This document shows positions 1 through 9,740 of a DNA stretch of 64,000 bases, piece by piece. The first letter of the stretch is position 1, and every line of letters begins with the position of its first letter. The stretch is taken from assembly GCA_003251635.1 (NCBI GenBank), contig QKEW01000012.1, forward strand, positions 53,333-117,332, written 5' to 3'. The DNA comes from a bacterium. GTDB lineage: Bacteria; Patescibacteriota; Minisyncoccia; Moranbacterales; GWC2-37-73. Under the pieces are notes generated by a model, which was not told the DNA's origin, did not search any database, and saw only the letters and a program-made list of their open reading frames with translations. The translations under genes and the position numbers were made by a program.

Positions 1-856
1 GACGTTTGGAGAGTTTAGTTTTGTCTGGGTTTAACAACAACGGCAAATGAGCAAAAGTTGGCTCCTCCCAACCAAAAGTTCGATAGAGCAAAATGTGTTT
101 GGGCGTGCTGGGCAGCCACTCTTCCCCACGAATCACGTGGGAAATTTTCATCAAATGATCATCCACCACGCTGGCCAAGTGGTAAGTTGGAAAGCCATCT
201 GATTTGATCAAGACCTGATCATCAATCGTGTTGGTGGAAAAAGAAACTTTGCCGCGAATCATGTCCTCAAAAACGATTGTTTCGTCATTTGGCACTTTCA
301 AACGAATCGTGTGCGCACAGCCTTTTTTCAGATTTTCATTGATTTGATCTTGAGAAACATTTTTCAAACAATAGCGGTCGTATTTGTGCGCTCTTTTTTG
401 GGCAATTTGCTCTTCGCGCATTTGTTCCAGACGCTCCGGCTCGCAAAAGCAATAATAGGCTTTACCTTCTTGGACTAACTGCTCGGCATATTTTTGATAA
501 ATTTCCAATCTTTCCGATTGGATATAAGGGCCACTATCCCCAACCTCAATGATGCCAGGATAACTTTCGGAAGTGACAACGGTAGTTTTGTTATCTTTAA
601 TTTCAGCCGTTTGAAAAGCTCCCTCTTGCCAATCCAGATTAGCCCAACGTAATGATTCAATCAATTTTTCCACAGAACCTTCGACATATCGCTTTTGATC
701 AGTGTCTTCAATTCGAAGAATCATCGTGCCTTGATTTTGCTTGGCGAAAAGGAAATCGTAAAGGGCGCTCCGTAGATTGCCCACGTGCAAATAACCGGTT
801 GGTGACGGTGCAAAACGAACTCTAATTTCTTTTTTTTCTTCAATTTTTTTTGTCAT
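1..856 (-). CDS. gltX: glutamate--tRNA ligase (runs off the window start; 3' end missing)
   Basis: Manual translation from ATG 856 gives [32 protein letters not shown]...LRIEDTD...AYYCFC; class I HIGH-like motif HVGN. Not in the ORF track because it is truncated. Confidence 0.95.
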   Translation of the reverse strand, partial: MTKKIEEKKEIRVRFAPSPTGYLHVGNLRSALYDFLFAKQNQGTMILRIEDTDQKRYVEGSVEKLIESLRWANLDWQEGAFQTAEIKDNKTTVVTSESYPGIIEVGDSGPYIQSERLEIYQKYAEQLVQEGKAYYCFCEPERLEQMREEQIAQKRAHKYDRYCLKNVSQDQINENLKKGCAHTIRLKVPNDETIVFEDMIRGKVSFSTNTIDDQVLIKSDGFPTYHLASVVDDHLMKISHVIRGEEWLPSTPKHILLYRTFGWEEPTFAHLPLLLNPDKTKLSKR

Positions 857-1583
857 ACGTTCTGATTTTATCGAAAATTACTTTCCAGGGAAAAACAATT
901 ACGGATCGAAAAATTCTTTGTCCCCTTTTTACTTTTTGGCTTTTGGAAGTTTTTTGGGTTTGCAGCCAGCGCCAAATCCATTCCAGTCCAAATTTTTGCA
1001 TCCATTTGGGAGCTCTTTGAGTTTTTCTAGTCAGAAAATCAAAAGCCCCTCCCACTCCCATGGCTAGTCTGATTGTATCATTTTTTTGGCAATTTAGGAA
1101 CTTTTCTTGCCAAGGCGCGCCGAAATTACAAAAAACAATCAGGCTTTGAATATCCAACTTTTGAGAAACGTTTTTTCGGTCCAAATCTTTCCCGGTTACT
1201 TTCAAATTTGGATATTTTTGAATCAGACTTTTTTTAATCTGCTCAAGACTGCTTAGACCGTCTTTATTATTTGCCAGAAAAATTTCCAATTGTTTTTTTT
1301 TGGCAATTTCCAAAATTTTTTGCAACAGGTCTGCTCCAGTAAAACGTTTTGGCGCCCTCTGAAAACTTAACCAACTAGCAAATTTTAGGCCAATTCCATC
1401 AACCACGCTTAAGGCGCTTTGATTTAAAATATCTCGAAACTCCGAATCATCTTGGGCTAATAAGATAAATTCCGGGTTGATCGTCGCAATTTGATGAAAT
1501 TTATTTTCTGCCAAAAAAAACTCCACTTTTTGCAGAATTTCTTTTCGATTAAATTTATCAATCTTAACTCCTAAAATTTTCAT
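840..1583 (-). CDS. WecB/TagA/CpsF family glycosyltransferase (GT26)
   Basis: Motifs [47 protein letters not shown]; overlaps the gltX start. Confidence 0.92.
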   Translation of the reverse strand: MKILGVKIDKFNRKEILQKVEFFLAENKFHQIATINPEFILLAQDDSEFRDILNQSALSVVDGIGLKFASWLSFQRAPKRFTGADLLQKILEIAKKKQLEIFLANNKDGLSSLEQIKKSLIQKYPNLKVTGKDLDRKNVSQKLDIQSLIVFCNFGAPWQEKFLNCQKNDTIRLAMGVGGAFDFLTRKTQRAPKWMQKFGLEWIWRWLQTQKTSKSQKVKRGQRIFRSVIVFPWKVIFDKIRTYDKKN

Positions 1584-1695
1584 AGGTTACAAGGTCTTAG
1601 GTTTTTAGGTTGTTAGTGATAAAATATCTAGACTCCAAGTGTCTGCAATAGCAAAGTGGTTAAAGTGCTCAAATTGAAAACCTATAAGCTATGAG

Positions 1696-2247
1696 CTAAC
1701 AACCTGCTAAGGGGCAGATTTCAATTGGGTGGTATTCTTCCCCGCCCTCCTGATCGGCTTTCTCAACTACCCAAACATTTTCCACTCCCAAAGAAATCTG
1801 ACACTTTTCTTGAATATCGGGTCGAGGATCCAATTGCTGCCATTTGTCTCGACGGAGCTTACCTAAAATTATTTGGGGAGAAAAACTTTTCTTGGAACTT
1901 TGAAAAATATCCAAAGCCTTTTCAATTGTTTCGTGAAGCTGCAACAATTGTTCACTGGATTTTCCAATTAGTCTGACGTATTGCGGTTTTTCCAGATTTG
2001 GTCCAATTTCAATTTGTTCAAATTCCAAATCAAAAATATCCAAACCCTTCAGGCTTTCGGATATTTTTTGGCAGATTTCCGGCAGTACACTTTCATCCAA
2101 ATAGCCCAAAGAAAAAAGCGCCACGTGCAAATTTTCGCTGCGTTGCCATTTGACCGGTAGATCCGACCACTTTTGAATTTTCCCAGCCAATCTTTTTTTG
2201 ACCAGCGGTGGAACTTCGATTTCCACGAAGATTTTTCGTTTACTCAT
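1696..2247 (-). CDS. thpR: 2H phosphoesterase, RNA 2',3'-cyclic phosphodiesterase (ThpR/LigT)-like, catalytic motifs degenerate
   Basis: N-terminal RKIFVEI and KWQRSENLHVALFSLG; second motif reads FSPQIILGK instead of F-x-PHITL. Confidence 0.7.
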   Translation of the reverse strand: MSKRKIFVEIEVPPLVKKRLAGKIQKWSDLPVKWQRSENLHVALFSLGYLDESVLPEICQKISESLKGLDIFDLEFEQIEIGPNLEKPQYVRLIGKSSEQLLQLHETIEKALDIFQSSKKSFSPQIILGKLRRDKWQQLDPRPDIQEKCQISLGVENVWVVEKADQEGGEEYHPIEICPLAGC

Positions 2248-2296
2248 AAATTCATCCTAGCACACCAAAGGCTTTTTTCAAGGGCTTGCAGCCAAC

Positions 2297-2334
2297 AAAA
2301 AACCGGGGGCGTCGAATTTTCAAACGCTCCCCGG
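2297..2334 (-). terminator. intrinsic terminator
   Basis: GC stem CCGGGGAGCGT...ACGCCCCCGG followed by a T-run on the minus strand, just after the small ORF stop at 2341. Confidence 0.75.
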
Positions 2335-2340
2335 CTATTA

Positions 2341-2496
2341 TTATTCACTTTTGATCTCTCCATAGCTAGCTCCGCTAGCAAAGAGAATGCCTCCTCCAAA
2401 AAAAGCGAGGATGGGAATTTTCCAGGCAACTGCCGCTGCGAGAGCAGCAAAGCCAACAGTTGTTCCGATGATACAGAACAAAGACTTCTTCTTCAT
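2341..2496 (-). CDS. small (51 aa) two-TM membrane protein, unknown function
   Basis: AAGGAGG SD before ATG 2496; MKKKSLFCIIGTTVGFAALAAAVAWKIPILAFFGGGILFASG; own terminator. Confidence 0.65.
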   Translation of the reverse strand: MKKKSLFCIIGTTVGFAALAAAVAWKIPILAFFGGGILFASGASYGEIKSE

Positions 2497-2622
2497 AATT
2501 TCCTCCTTGAGTTTTTGGATAAAAAACCAATTGTCAACAATTGCCTGACTTGCCATTTAAGCATATTTATGACTTTTTGTCAAGGGGCTGATTTTTGCCA
2601 AAATTTTTGCTAAAATTGAAAA

Positions 2623-4638
2623 ATGCAAAAAGAAAAAGGCTTCATTATCGATGTTATCCCCCTAGCCCGCCTGCCCCTCGGTCGGCAGCAGTTTTTTTCC
2701 TATCTTTCTGAGAAGGAAATCCCGACCGGCTCATTGGTCAGTGTGCCACTTTTTCGTCGTTCAATCTCGGGCATCGTCCTGCAAAGTCGCCAAGATTTTG
2801 AAAGGCTGGGTAATTTTCGACTCAAAAAAGTTTTGGCCGTCGAGCGTGAAAATTTCCTAACTTCAAACCAACTTCAACTGGCCGAGTTCATTTCGGACTA
2901 TTATTTTTCGTCTTTAGGAGTCACTCTTCGTCACTTCATGCCTAAGATTGTGCAGGAGCGTTCCAAAAAATCTCTAGCTGATTCTGCTCAAACATCCAAC
3001 AACAAAAAAGTAACTCTGACAGCAGCTCAAGATAAAATTGTCCAAAAAATTCTGACCAGTAAAAATCCAAGAAAGTTTTTACTGCAAGGTCCGGCCGCCG
3101 CTGGCAAAACCGAGATTTTCCTGGAAGCTATTTGGCGAATCCAAAAGCAAAATTCTCAAGCTCAATTTTTGATTCTATTGCCAGAACTTAATCTGGCCGC
3201 CCAAGCTCTGGAAAGATATGGCCAACGATTTAATCTAGATGAAATTGTGATTTTGAACAGTCAAATCTCCAAGGGACACTTTTTTACCAATTGGGAAAAA
3301 ATTCGCACCGGAGAGGCTAAGATAATTTTGGGCACTCGAGCTGCCTTATTTGCTCCGTTTAAAAACCTAGCTTTAGTGATTCTTGATGAGGAGCAGGACA
3401 TTTCTTTCAAACAATGGGACTTGAGTCCTCGTTATGACGGCCGAACCGTAGCCCAAAAATTGGCCGACATTTTTAAAGCTAAATTAATTTTAGCCAGTGC
3501 CACTCCCCGCATCGAAGATTATTGGCAAACCCAAGAAGACAAGTTGCAATTACTAAAGCTTCCCTCTTTTAGTCAGCTGAATCCCCAAGTAGAGATTATT
3601 GATATGCGAAAAGAAAAATGGACCGACTTTAAGGGCAAGAAAAAGCCCAATTTTTCTTTTTTAAGTTTGAGACTGCAGCAAGAAATTACTTGGGCTTTAA
3701 AAAATAAACTGCAAACAATCTTGTTTATCAATCGCCAAGGCATGAGTCGTTTTTCAGTTTGCGCCCAGTGTAAAGCGGTCCTCCGTTGTCCCAAGTGTGA
3801 GCGAGCCTTGATTTATGACAAGGCTGGACATTATCGCTGTCTGCATTGTTCCTATCAAAGCGACCTTTTTGCTACCTGCCCCAGTTGCCAATCCAATGAG
3901 TTTAAAAATGTCGGGCTAGGCACTCACCGGGTTGAAAAAGAAGTAGCCAAATTTTTCCCCCAGGCTCAGATTGAAATTTTGGACTCCTCCGTTACTAAAA
4001 AAAGTGGCGCATTGGAAAAAATATATCAAAATTTTGCTAACAAAAAAATTGACATTCTGATTGGAACCCAGATGCTGACCAAGAACTGGGATTTTCCCAA
4101 TGTCGGCCTGGTTTCAATTATTGATACTGATTCCCTTTTTGATTTCCCGGATTTTCTGACTGACGAACAAGCTTTTGCTCACATCGTTCAATTGATCGGG
4201 CGAACAGGACGCCCTGGCGCTAAATTTGCCGGTCGCGCTCTCATTCAAACCTATGTTCCAGACAAAGACACCTTGAAACTTGCCGCGGAAAAAAACTGGG
4301 AAAAATTCTACCAAAAAACTCTCAATCAAAGACAGGATTTGAATTACCCGCCTTTTTCCAAAATGGTAAAGCTGGTTTGTCAGCACACGGAAATTGAAAA
4401 AGTCAAGAAAGAAAGCCGCAAAATTTTTGAACAACTTTCGGCTGCTAGTGAGATTTCTGCACCAGTAAAAATTATCGGCCCAATCGAACCGCTAATTGCC
4501 AATGTTCGCGGTCGCCATCGACAACAAATCATTTTGAAATTTCCAGTCAACCAGGAAATTCCACTTCAAATCGAAAGTGTTTTACAGAAACTTTCCTCCG
4601 ACTGGATCATTGATGTCGACCCGATTGGAATTGTTTAA
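2623..4638 (+). CDS. priA: primosomal protein N' (replication restart helicase)
   Basis: Walker A GPAAAGKTE, DEEQD, SATP, Cys-rich region with four CxxC pairs, GTQM, QLIGRTGR, C-terminal DVDP. Confidence 0.96.
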   Translation: MQKEKGFIIDVIPLARLPLGRQQFFSYLSEKEIPTGSLVSVPLFRRSISGIVLQSRQDFERLGNFRLKKVLAVERENFLTSNQLQLAEFISDYYFSSLGVTLRHFMPKIVQERSKKSLADSAQTSNNKKVTLTAAQDKIVQKILTSKNPRKFLLQGPAAAGKTEIFLEAIWRIQKQNSQAQFLILLPELNLAAQALERYGQRFNLDEIVILNSQISKGHFFTNWEKIRTGEAKIILGTRAALFAPFKNLALVILDEEQDISFKQWDLSPRYDGRTVAQKLADIFKAKLILASATPRIEDYWQTQEDKLQLLKLPSFSQLNPQVEIIDMRKEKWTDFKGKKKPNFSFLSLRLQQEITWALKNKLQTILFINRQGMSRFSVCAQCKAVLRCPKCERALIYDKAGHYRCLHCSYQSDLFATCPSCQSNEFKNVGLGTHRVEKEVAKFFPQAQIEILDSSVTKKSGALEKIYQNFANKKIDILIGTQMLTKNWDFPNVGLVSIIDTDSLFDFPDFLTDEQAFAHIVQLIGRTGRPGAKFAGRALIQTYVPDKDTLKLAAEKNWEKFYQKTLNQRQDLNYPPFSKMVKLVCQHTEIEKVKKESRKIFEQLSAASEISAPVKIIGPIEPLIANVRGRHRQQIILKFPVNQEIPLQIESVLQKLSSDWIIDVDPIGIV

Positions 4639-4651
4639 AAATATTTTTTAA

Positions 4652-4885
4652 TTATTCCTCACTTACAAATTCAAACCTTGGTACAAGTTTGCCTTCAACC
4701 TCAACTTTTTCCAAAAACATCTCCAGAGGACGAATCCAGATCGATCCTTTGCCATAGGTTCGACACTCATAGAGAGCTTCTTAGACCACAAATTTTTCCA
4801 AAGTCTCACTGTGACTGGCTACATGCAAAACCTTGACGGTTCCACCCTTAAAATGGCGATAAACTCCTTTTTTTAATTCGTCCAT
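4652..4885 (-). pseudogene. DUF1653 family protein with an in-frame TAA
   Basis: Manual translation MDELKKGVYRHFKGGTVKVLHVASHSETLEKFVV*EALYECRTYGKGSIWIRPLEMFLEKVEVEGKLVPRFEFVSEE; stop at 4781-4783 where the family has VVY. Confidence 0.8.
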
Positions 4886-4963
4886 ATTGTTTATTGGAAA
4901 ATTATTGTTTTAATATCCGTTTTATTATATCATATTAAGGAACGAGGCTTTAAACAAACCACT

Positions 4964-5434
4964 ATGATTTTAGATATCCGAAAAAATCCCGATCCGATTT
5001 TGCGTCAAAAAACTCGTAAAATCAAAGATCCTCAAACCAAAGAAATTCAAGACTTGGTAGCTTCAATGTTGGAAACCATGTATAGCGCTGACGGGCTTGG
5101 CTTGGCCGCACCCCAAATCGGTCAAGATTTACGACTTTGCATTATCGACGAAGGAGGTCAGGTTTATGTTCTGATAAATCCACAAATAACCGCCAAATCA
5201 AAAGATGAAATTGTTATGGAAGAGGGCTGTCTAAGTTTTCCCGGACAATTCTATGAAATTTCCCGACCGGAAAAAGTCCAGGTTCGCTATCTGGATCAGC
5301 ATGGAGTGCCTCGAAAAATTAAAACCGGCGGACTTCTGGCGCGCGCGCTGCAACATGAAATCGATCATCTTGAAGGTAAACTTTTAATTGACTATGTTAA
5401 GAAAAACAAAAGAAAAAATATCAAAGAAAAATAA
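4964..5434 (+). CDS. def: peptide deformylase
   Basis: GLGLAAPQ, EGCLS, QHEIDHL motifs. Confidence 0.97.
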   Translation: MILDIRKNPDPILRQKTRKIKDPQTKEIQDLVASMLETMYSADGLGLAAPQIGQDLRLCIIDEGGQVYVLINPQITAKSKDEIVMEEGCLSFPGQFYEISRPEKVQVRYLDQHGVPRKIKTGGLLARALQHEIDHLEGKLLIDYVKKNKRKNIKEK

Positions 5435-5435
5435 T

Positions 5436-6404
5436 ATGTCAGCTCAAGAAAAATCGAAATTTAAAGTTGTTTTCATGGGAACTTCTGACTTTGCTGCGGA
5501 TATTCTTAAGGCCTTAGTAAAAGCTAACTATAATCTGGTTACTATTTATACTCGGGCAGATAGCAAAATTGGTCGTAAACAAGAAATCAATGAAACACCC
5601 ATAAAGCAGATTGCTCAAGAAAAAAACCTTTTGGTTTTGCAGCCCGAAAAGTTCACTCCGGAAGTCATAGCTGAATTGGAAAACATTAAACCTGATTTGA
5701 TAGTAGTAGCAGCTTACGGCAAGATTTTACCCAAGAGAGTTTTGGAAATTCCGAAATTTGGCTGCCTAAATGTGCACCCTTCCCTTTTACCAAAATTTCG
5801 CGGACCTTCTCCGGTTCAAAACACTTTGCTTTTCGGAGCCAAGCAAACAGGCACCACCATCATGCTGATGGATGCAGGAATGGATAGTGGTGATATTTTA
5901 GCTCAAGAAAAAATAGATATTAAGCCCAAAGAACTTTTCCCTCAATTACTCAAAAGACTAGCTCTTTTGAGCGCTGAGCTTTTAGAAAAAACTATTCCGC
6001 TTTGGCTTGAAAAGAAAATAGAGACTGAAAAACAAAACCCTCAAGAAGCCACCCTTTGTCAACTGATTGAGCGTGGGGATGGAAAAATAAACTGGAATCA
6101 GGAAGCCTATGAGATTTTTAATCAATACCGCGCCTTGTATCCTTGGCCAGGAGTTTTTACTTTTTGGGAAAGCAAAGAAAATCTGATTTTACGTTTAAAA
6201 TTAACTGATATTGATTGGAAAAAAGACAATTCTTCATTTGAAAATGAAATTGGAAAAGTTTTCCAAAAAAATGATTCGATCGGAGTGCAAACTCTTCAGG
6301 GAGTCATTTTGCTCAACGAAGTGCAACTTGAAGGTAAGAAATCCATGAAGATCAAAGATTTTCTCAATGGCTATCCTGATTTCCTAAATAGTTTCCTAAA
6401 ATAA
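5436..6404 (+). CDS. fmt: methionyl-tRNA formyltransferase
   Basis: VFMGTSDFA, AAYGKILP, NVHPSLLPKFRGPSP, MDSGDI; follows def; start chosen at ATG 5436. Confidence 0.96.
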   Translation: MSAQEKSKFKVVFMGTSDFAADILKALVKANYNLVTIYTRADSKIGRKQEINETPIKQIAQEKNLLVLQPEKFTPEVIAELENIKPDLIVVAAYGKILPKRVLEIPKFGCLNVHPSLLPKFRGPSPVQNTLLFGAKQTGTTIMLMDAGMDSGDILAQEKIDIKPKELFPQLLKRLALLSAELLEKTIPLWLEKKIETEKQNPQEATLCQLIERGDGKINWNQEAYEIFNQYRALYPWPGVFTFWESKENLILRLKLTDIDWKKDNSSFENEIGKVFQKNDSIGVQTLQGVILLNEVQLEGKKSMKIKDFLNGYPDFLNSFLK

Positions 6405-6410
6405 TTTAAA

Positions 6411-7217
6411 ATGAACAAAAATACCAAAGAAGTATACGTTTTATTTTTTGGATTATTCTTGATAATTTTGGTAGTTGTTTTCTTTTGGTTTCGTTTTCAG
6501 AAAAAAAATTCTGACAACAATGAATCGCTGCCAACTCAAACGATTTCTTTAGCCTATGAAAATATAACTGCCAAAGATCTTTTTCAAAAGAAGAAAGAAA
6601 AAGAAAGTTTCAAAATTATCGATACGCGAAGCTATGAAAACTATTCCACCAGTCATATATTAGATTCCGTTCAGGTTTTACCGGAAGAGATTGAAAATTC
6701 CCTGGAAAGCTTCAAGACTCAAATTGTTTTTATAAATGACCAAACCAGTGAGGAGTTTTTGGATACAATTGCTCAAGCTTTCATCAAAAGAGGGGCTGAA
6801 AAAGTTTATTACCTGATCGGCGGCGTCCAAGATTGGACAAATGCAAGCCAGGAGACCCCAATAACCTACGGCGATCCGGACAGTTTTTCTGATCGAGCCA
6901 AAGTTTCTTTTGTTTCTCAAGAAAATTTCAAAAAAACCCTCCAGGAGTCGCCTGATAAAATTTTCATCCTGGATGTTCGGACCGCGACAGAATTTAGTCA
7001 GGGACATATTCCCGGAGCCACCAACATACCTTTAGTGGAAATTGAAAAAAGACGTCAAGAAATACCTTTTGGTAAATTAACTATAGTTTATTCCAAGGGT
7101 GAAATCGAAGCCTTTCAGGCTGCTGTAAGACTTTTTGATTCGCGTCTTTTGAAAGCCCCCGTCCTAACCAACGGTTTTGTAGCTTGGCAAGACAATGGTG
7201 GTGAAATTGAAAAATAA
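6411..7217 (+). CDS. membrane-anchored tandem rhodanese-like domain protein (no cysteine)
   Basis: N-terminal TM; two rhodanese repeats (IIDTRS..SHILDS..LIGGVQDW; ILDVRT..GHIPGATNIP..LTNGFVAW). Confidence 0.8.
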   Translation: MNKNTKEVYVLFFGLFLIILVVVFFWFRFQKKNSDNNESLPTQTISLAYENITAKDLFQKKKEKESFKIIDTRSYENYSTSHILDSVQVLPEEIENSLESFKTQIVFINDQTSEEFLDTIAQAFIKRGAEKVYYLIGGVQDWTNASQETPITYGDPDSFSDRAKVSFVSQENFKKTLQESPDKIFILDVRTATEFSQGHIPGATNIPLVEIEKRRQEIPFGKLTIVYSKGEIEAFQAAVRLFDSRLLKAPVLTNGFVAWQDNGGEIEK

Positions 7218-7231
7218 TCAAAAATAAAATA

Positions 7232-8500
7232 TTATTTTTGAATTTTATTTTTTAGTATATCCAAAGCTCGATCCAATTGCGGATCTTTTTTGTTTTTATA
7301 GTCATCTAAGGTTAAGTCTACATCTTCATCCGGCTCAATCCCCTTTCCATTGATTTGATTGCCATGAGGAGTTAACCAATGAGCCACTGTTATTTTTACG
7401 GCCATATTATCACCCAAATCAATCAATTGTTGCACCGAACCTTTGCCAAAAGATTTTTTACCTACTAAAGTCAGATTATCTCGATTTTCCTTGAGAGCCC
7501 CAGCCACAATTTCCGAAGCGCTGGCGCTTCCTTCATTGATCAAAACAACCGTTTCAATTTGACTGGCCACATCCAATCCGCTGGCGTAAGTCTCATTTCT
7601 TTTTCCCTGCGCATCTTCCTCGATTACCACCGTCTTACCTTTTGGCAGCATTCTTTCTGCCACGCTTATCGCTCCATCCAGGTAGCCACCTGGGTTGTTT
7701 CTCAGATCCAAAACAATTCCTTTCACGTTCTCTTTGTAAACTTCTTTTAAAGCAGCATTGAATTCCTTGACGGTATCTTCGCCAAAAAGACTAAGGCTTA
7801 TATACAAAATGTCGCCATCTTTCTTTTCGAATTCTACGCTTTTTATATTTATAACATCTCTCCTGATGGAAATGTCGAGTGTCCCTTCTTCGCCCTCGCG
7901 ATAGATGGTCAAAACCACTTCGCTGCCTTTCGGACCGCGTATCAAATCAATGGCGCTATCAATAGTCATGTCCTGGGTTGATTTTCCGTCAATCGCAAGA
8001 ACCTTGTCTCCGGCTCTAAGTCCGGCTATTTCGGCTGGTGCTCCTTTTAGTGGAGCGATTATGGTCAAGATTTCATCTTTCATACCAATTTCAGCTCCAA
8101 TTCCCTCAAAACTGCCTTCGATTTCTTCGTTAAATTCTTGAGTTTCTTTGGGATCAAAAAAAGTTGTATAGGGATCACCAGTAGCTTTCAACATGCCATC
8201 GATTGATCCATAGAGCAGATTCTTAGCATCTAAAGAATCAGCGTCCACGTATTTTTCTTTTAGCAAATCCCAAACCTCCCAAAAAAGCGAAAAGTCTATT
8301 TCCTGTTCTTTTTGAGTATTTTCAATCTGGGCATCTTTCAAGGGAACAACTTGTTCGGAGTTGTTTTTTATGGCATTAACGTGGCCAAACTCAAAGCCGA
8401 TCCAAAAAATTATAACCAGCATCAAAAAGGATCTCCAATTTTTTCGAAGTCTGTTGGGTTTTTTTTCAGTTGTTTTTACGGATTGATTTTCTCCAGACAT
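7232..8500 (-). CDS. ctpA: S41 family carboxyl-terminal processing protease
   Basis: N-terminal TM, DPYT, PDZ (GIGAEI), LDLRNNPGG, SASASEI, SFGKGSVQ. Confidence 0.93.
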   Translation of the reverse strand: MSGENQSVKTTEKKPNRLRKNWRSFLMLVIIFWIGFEFGHVNAIKNNSEQVVPLKDAQIENTQKEQEIDFSLFWEVWDLLKEKYVDADSLDAKNLLYGSIDGMLKATGDPYTTFFDPKETQEFNEEIEGSFEGIGAEIGMKDEILTIIAPLKGAPAEIAGLRAGDKVLAIDGKSTQDMTIDSAIDLIRGPKGSEVVLTIYREGEEGTLDISIRRDVINIKSVEFEKKDGDILYISLSLFGEDTVKEFNAALKEVYKENVKGIVLDLRNNPGGYLDGAISVAERMLPKGKTVVIEEDAQGKRNETYASGLDVASQIETVVLINEGSASASEIVAGALKENRDNLTLVGKKSFGKGSVQQLIDLGDNMAVKITVAHWLTPHGNQINGKGIEPDEDVDLTLDDYKNKKDPQLDRALDILKNKIQK

Positions 8501-8532
8501 ATTGTCAGTTATTTTTCAAAAAGTCGTGGCTA

Positions 8533-9723
8533 TTAATTTGAATTGGAAGTTCCCGAATTTGTTTGACTGCTTCCAAAGATATTTTTGGCCAAATCCTGAA
8601 TGCGACTGTAGTTATCGCCGATTGGCAAAACAATGCTTCCGGCTCCCGGATAGCGATCAGCTGATGGATAGTAAAGCAAACCTTCCTCATTCGTCTCCAA
8701 AACTTTATTGATTATCTGAGGATTGCTCATGCCTTGATAAAGTTCGAAGATCCTTTTCATTTCCCAAAGTTGCATATCGGTCTGGGCATTATTTCCCAAG
8801 CTGTCTATTACAGCGTTAACCTTGTCAAAATTGGTTAAAGTTCCCAGCTTGAAAGCCTTCTCTTTGATTTTTTGAATAATCAATTGTTGACGCTTGGCTC
8901 TCTCGAAATCACTTGAAGTTTTTCGAGCTCTCACGTAGCACAAAGCTTTGGCTCCATCCAGAGTCTGAGTTCCGGCTGGCAAATAAAATTCACCGCCACA
9001 TTCTTCATGAGCGTTGTAGCAAAGAGGATATTGAGCTACAATCTTACCTTTCTCATTTTTCTTATATTCATAGTTACCACTAGGAACTGTGAATACTCCT
9101 CCATTGGTACCATCGCAAACTTTTTCTTCATGAAACTGCAAAGGCTCCGAAAAAGGTTCACTCAATGTCACGTCAACTCCGCCCAGCGCATCTACCAAAT
9201 CAGAGAAACCTTGAAAATCAATAACTCCGGCATAGTGAATCTCCAACCCCGTAATTTCACCAATAACTTTTTTCATTTCTTCAATTCCCTTACCCTTTCC
9301 TTCCTTTTCACCATAAACATAGACGGCATTTAATTTGCTTTTGGCTCCTAAAGCTGGGTTGTCCACATAGAGGTCGCGCGGAATTGAAAGCATGGAGACT
9401 TTATTTTCTTTCGGTTTGACGCTGGCTACAATTATTGTATCCGCCAAAACATCCCCGCCAGCCCCTCGCATTCCCAAAAGCAAGATATTGATTCGGTCTT
9501 CTTGCTCACCTTTTACCTCATCATTAACGCCTGGCAAAACCCCAACGATATTAGAAAAGAAACTTCCATTAGTAGAAACCTTATTAAAAACACTTCCAGC
9601 CTTCCACAGCAAAAGACCCCCAACCAAAAAAACCACGCCTAAAAAAATCAGAAAGATTTTTAACCATTTTCTTTTTTTAGATTTGACCTCGATATTTGTT
9701 CGCGAAAACCTGTTTGTGTTCAT
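8533..9723 (-). CDS. LytR-CpsA-Psr (LCP) family glycopolymer transferase
   Basis: N-terminal TM, INILLLG, ADTII, LSIPRDLYV, VDALGGV, YVRAR, SDFERAKRQQ. Confidence 0.93.
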   Translation of the reverse strand: MNTNRFSRTNIEVKSKKRKWLKIFLIFLGVVFLVGGLLLWKAGSVFNKVSTNGSFFSNIVGVLPGVNDEVKGEQEDRINILLLGMRGAGGDVLADTIIVASVKPKENKVSMLSIPRDLYVDNPALGAKSKLNAVYVYGEKEGKGKGIEEMKKVIGEITGLEIHYAGVIDFQGFSDLVDALGGVDVTLSEPFSEPLQFHEEKVCDGTNGGVFTVPSGNYEYKKNEKGKIVAQYPLCYNAHEECGGEFYLPAGTQTLDGAKALCYVRARKTSSDFERAKRQQLIIQKIKEKAFKLGTLTNFDKVNAVIDSLGNNAQTDMQLWEMKRIFELYQGMSNPQIINKVLETNEEGLLYYPSADRYPGAGSIVLPIGDNYSRIQDLAKNIFGSSQTNSGTSNSN

Positions 9724-9740
9724 ATATTTATAATATTTCG

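Noticed and set aside
1584-1695. Short AGGT[T/C]-type pseudo-repeats upstream of the TagA-like gene
   Set aside because: Only about four degenerate units with no constant period; consistent with low-complexity spacer DNA.
2623-4638. PriA DEEQ and GPAAAGKT variants as signs of an inactive helicase
   Set aside because: The catalytic Lys and DE residues and all other motifs are intact; within normal family variation.
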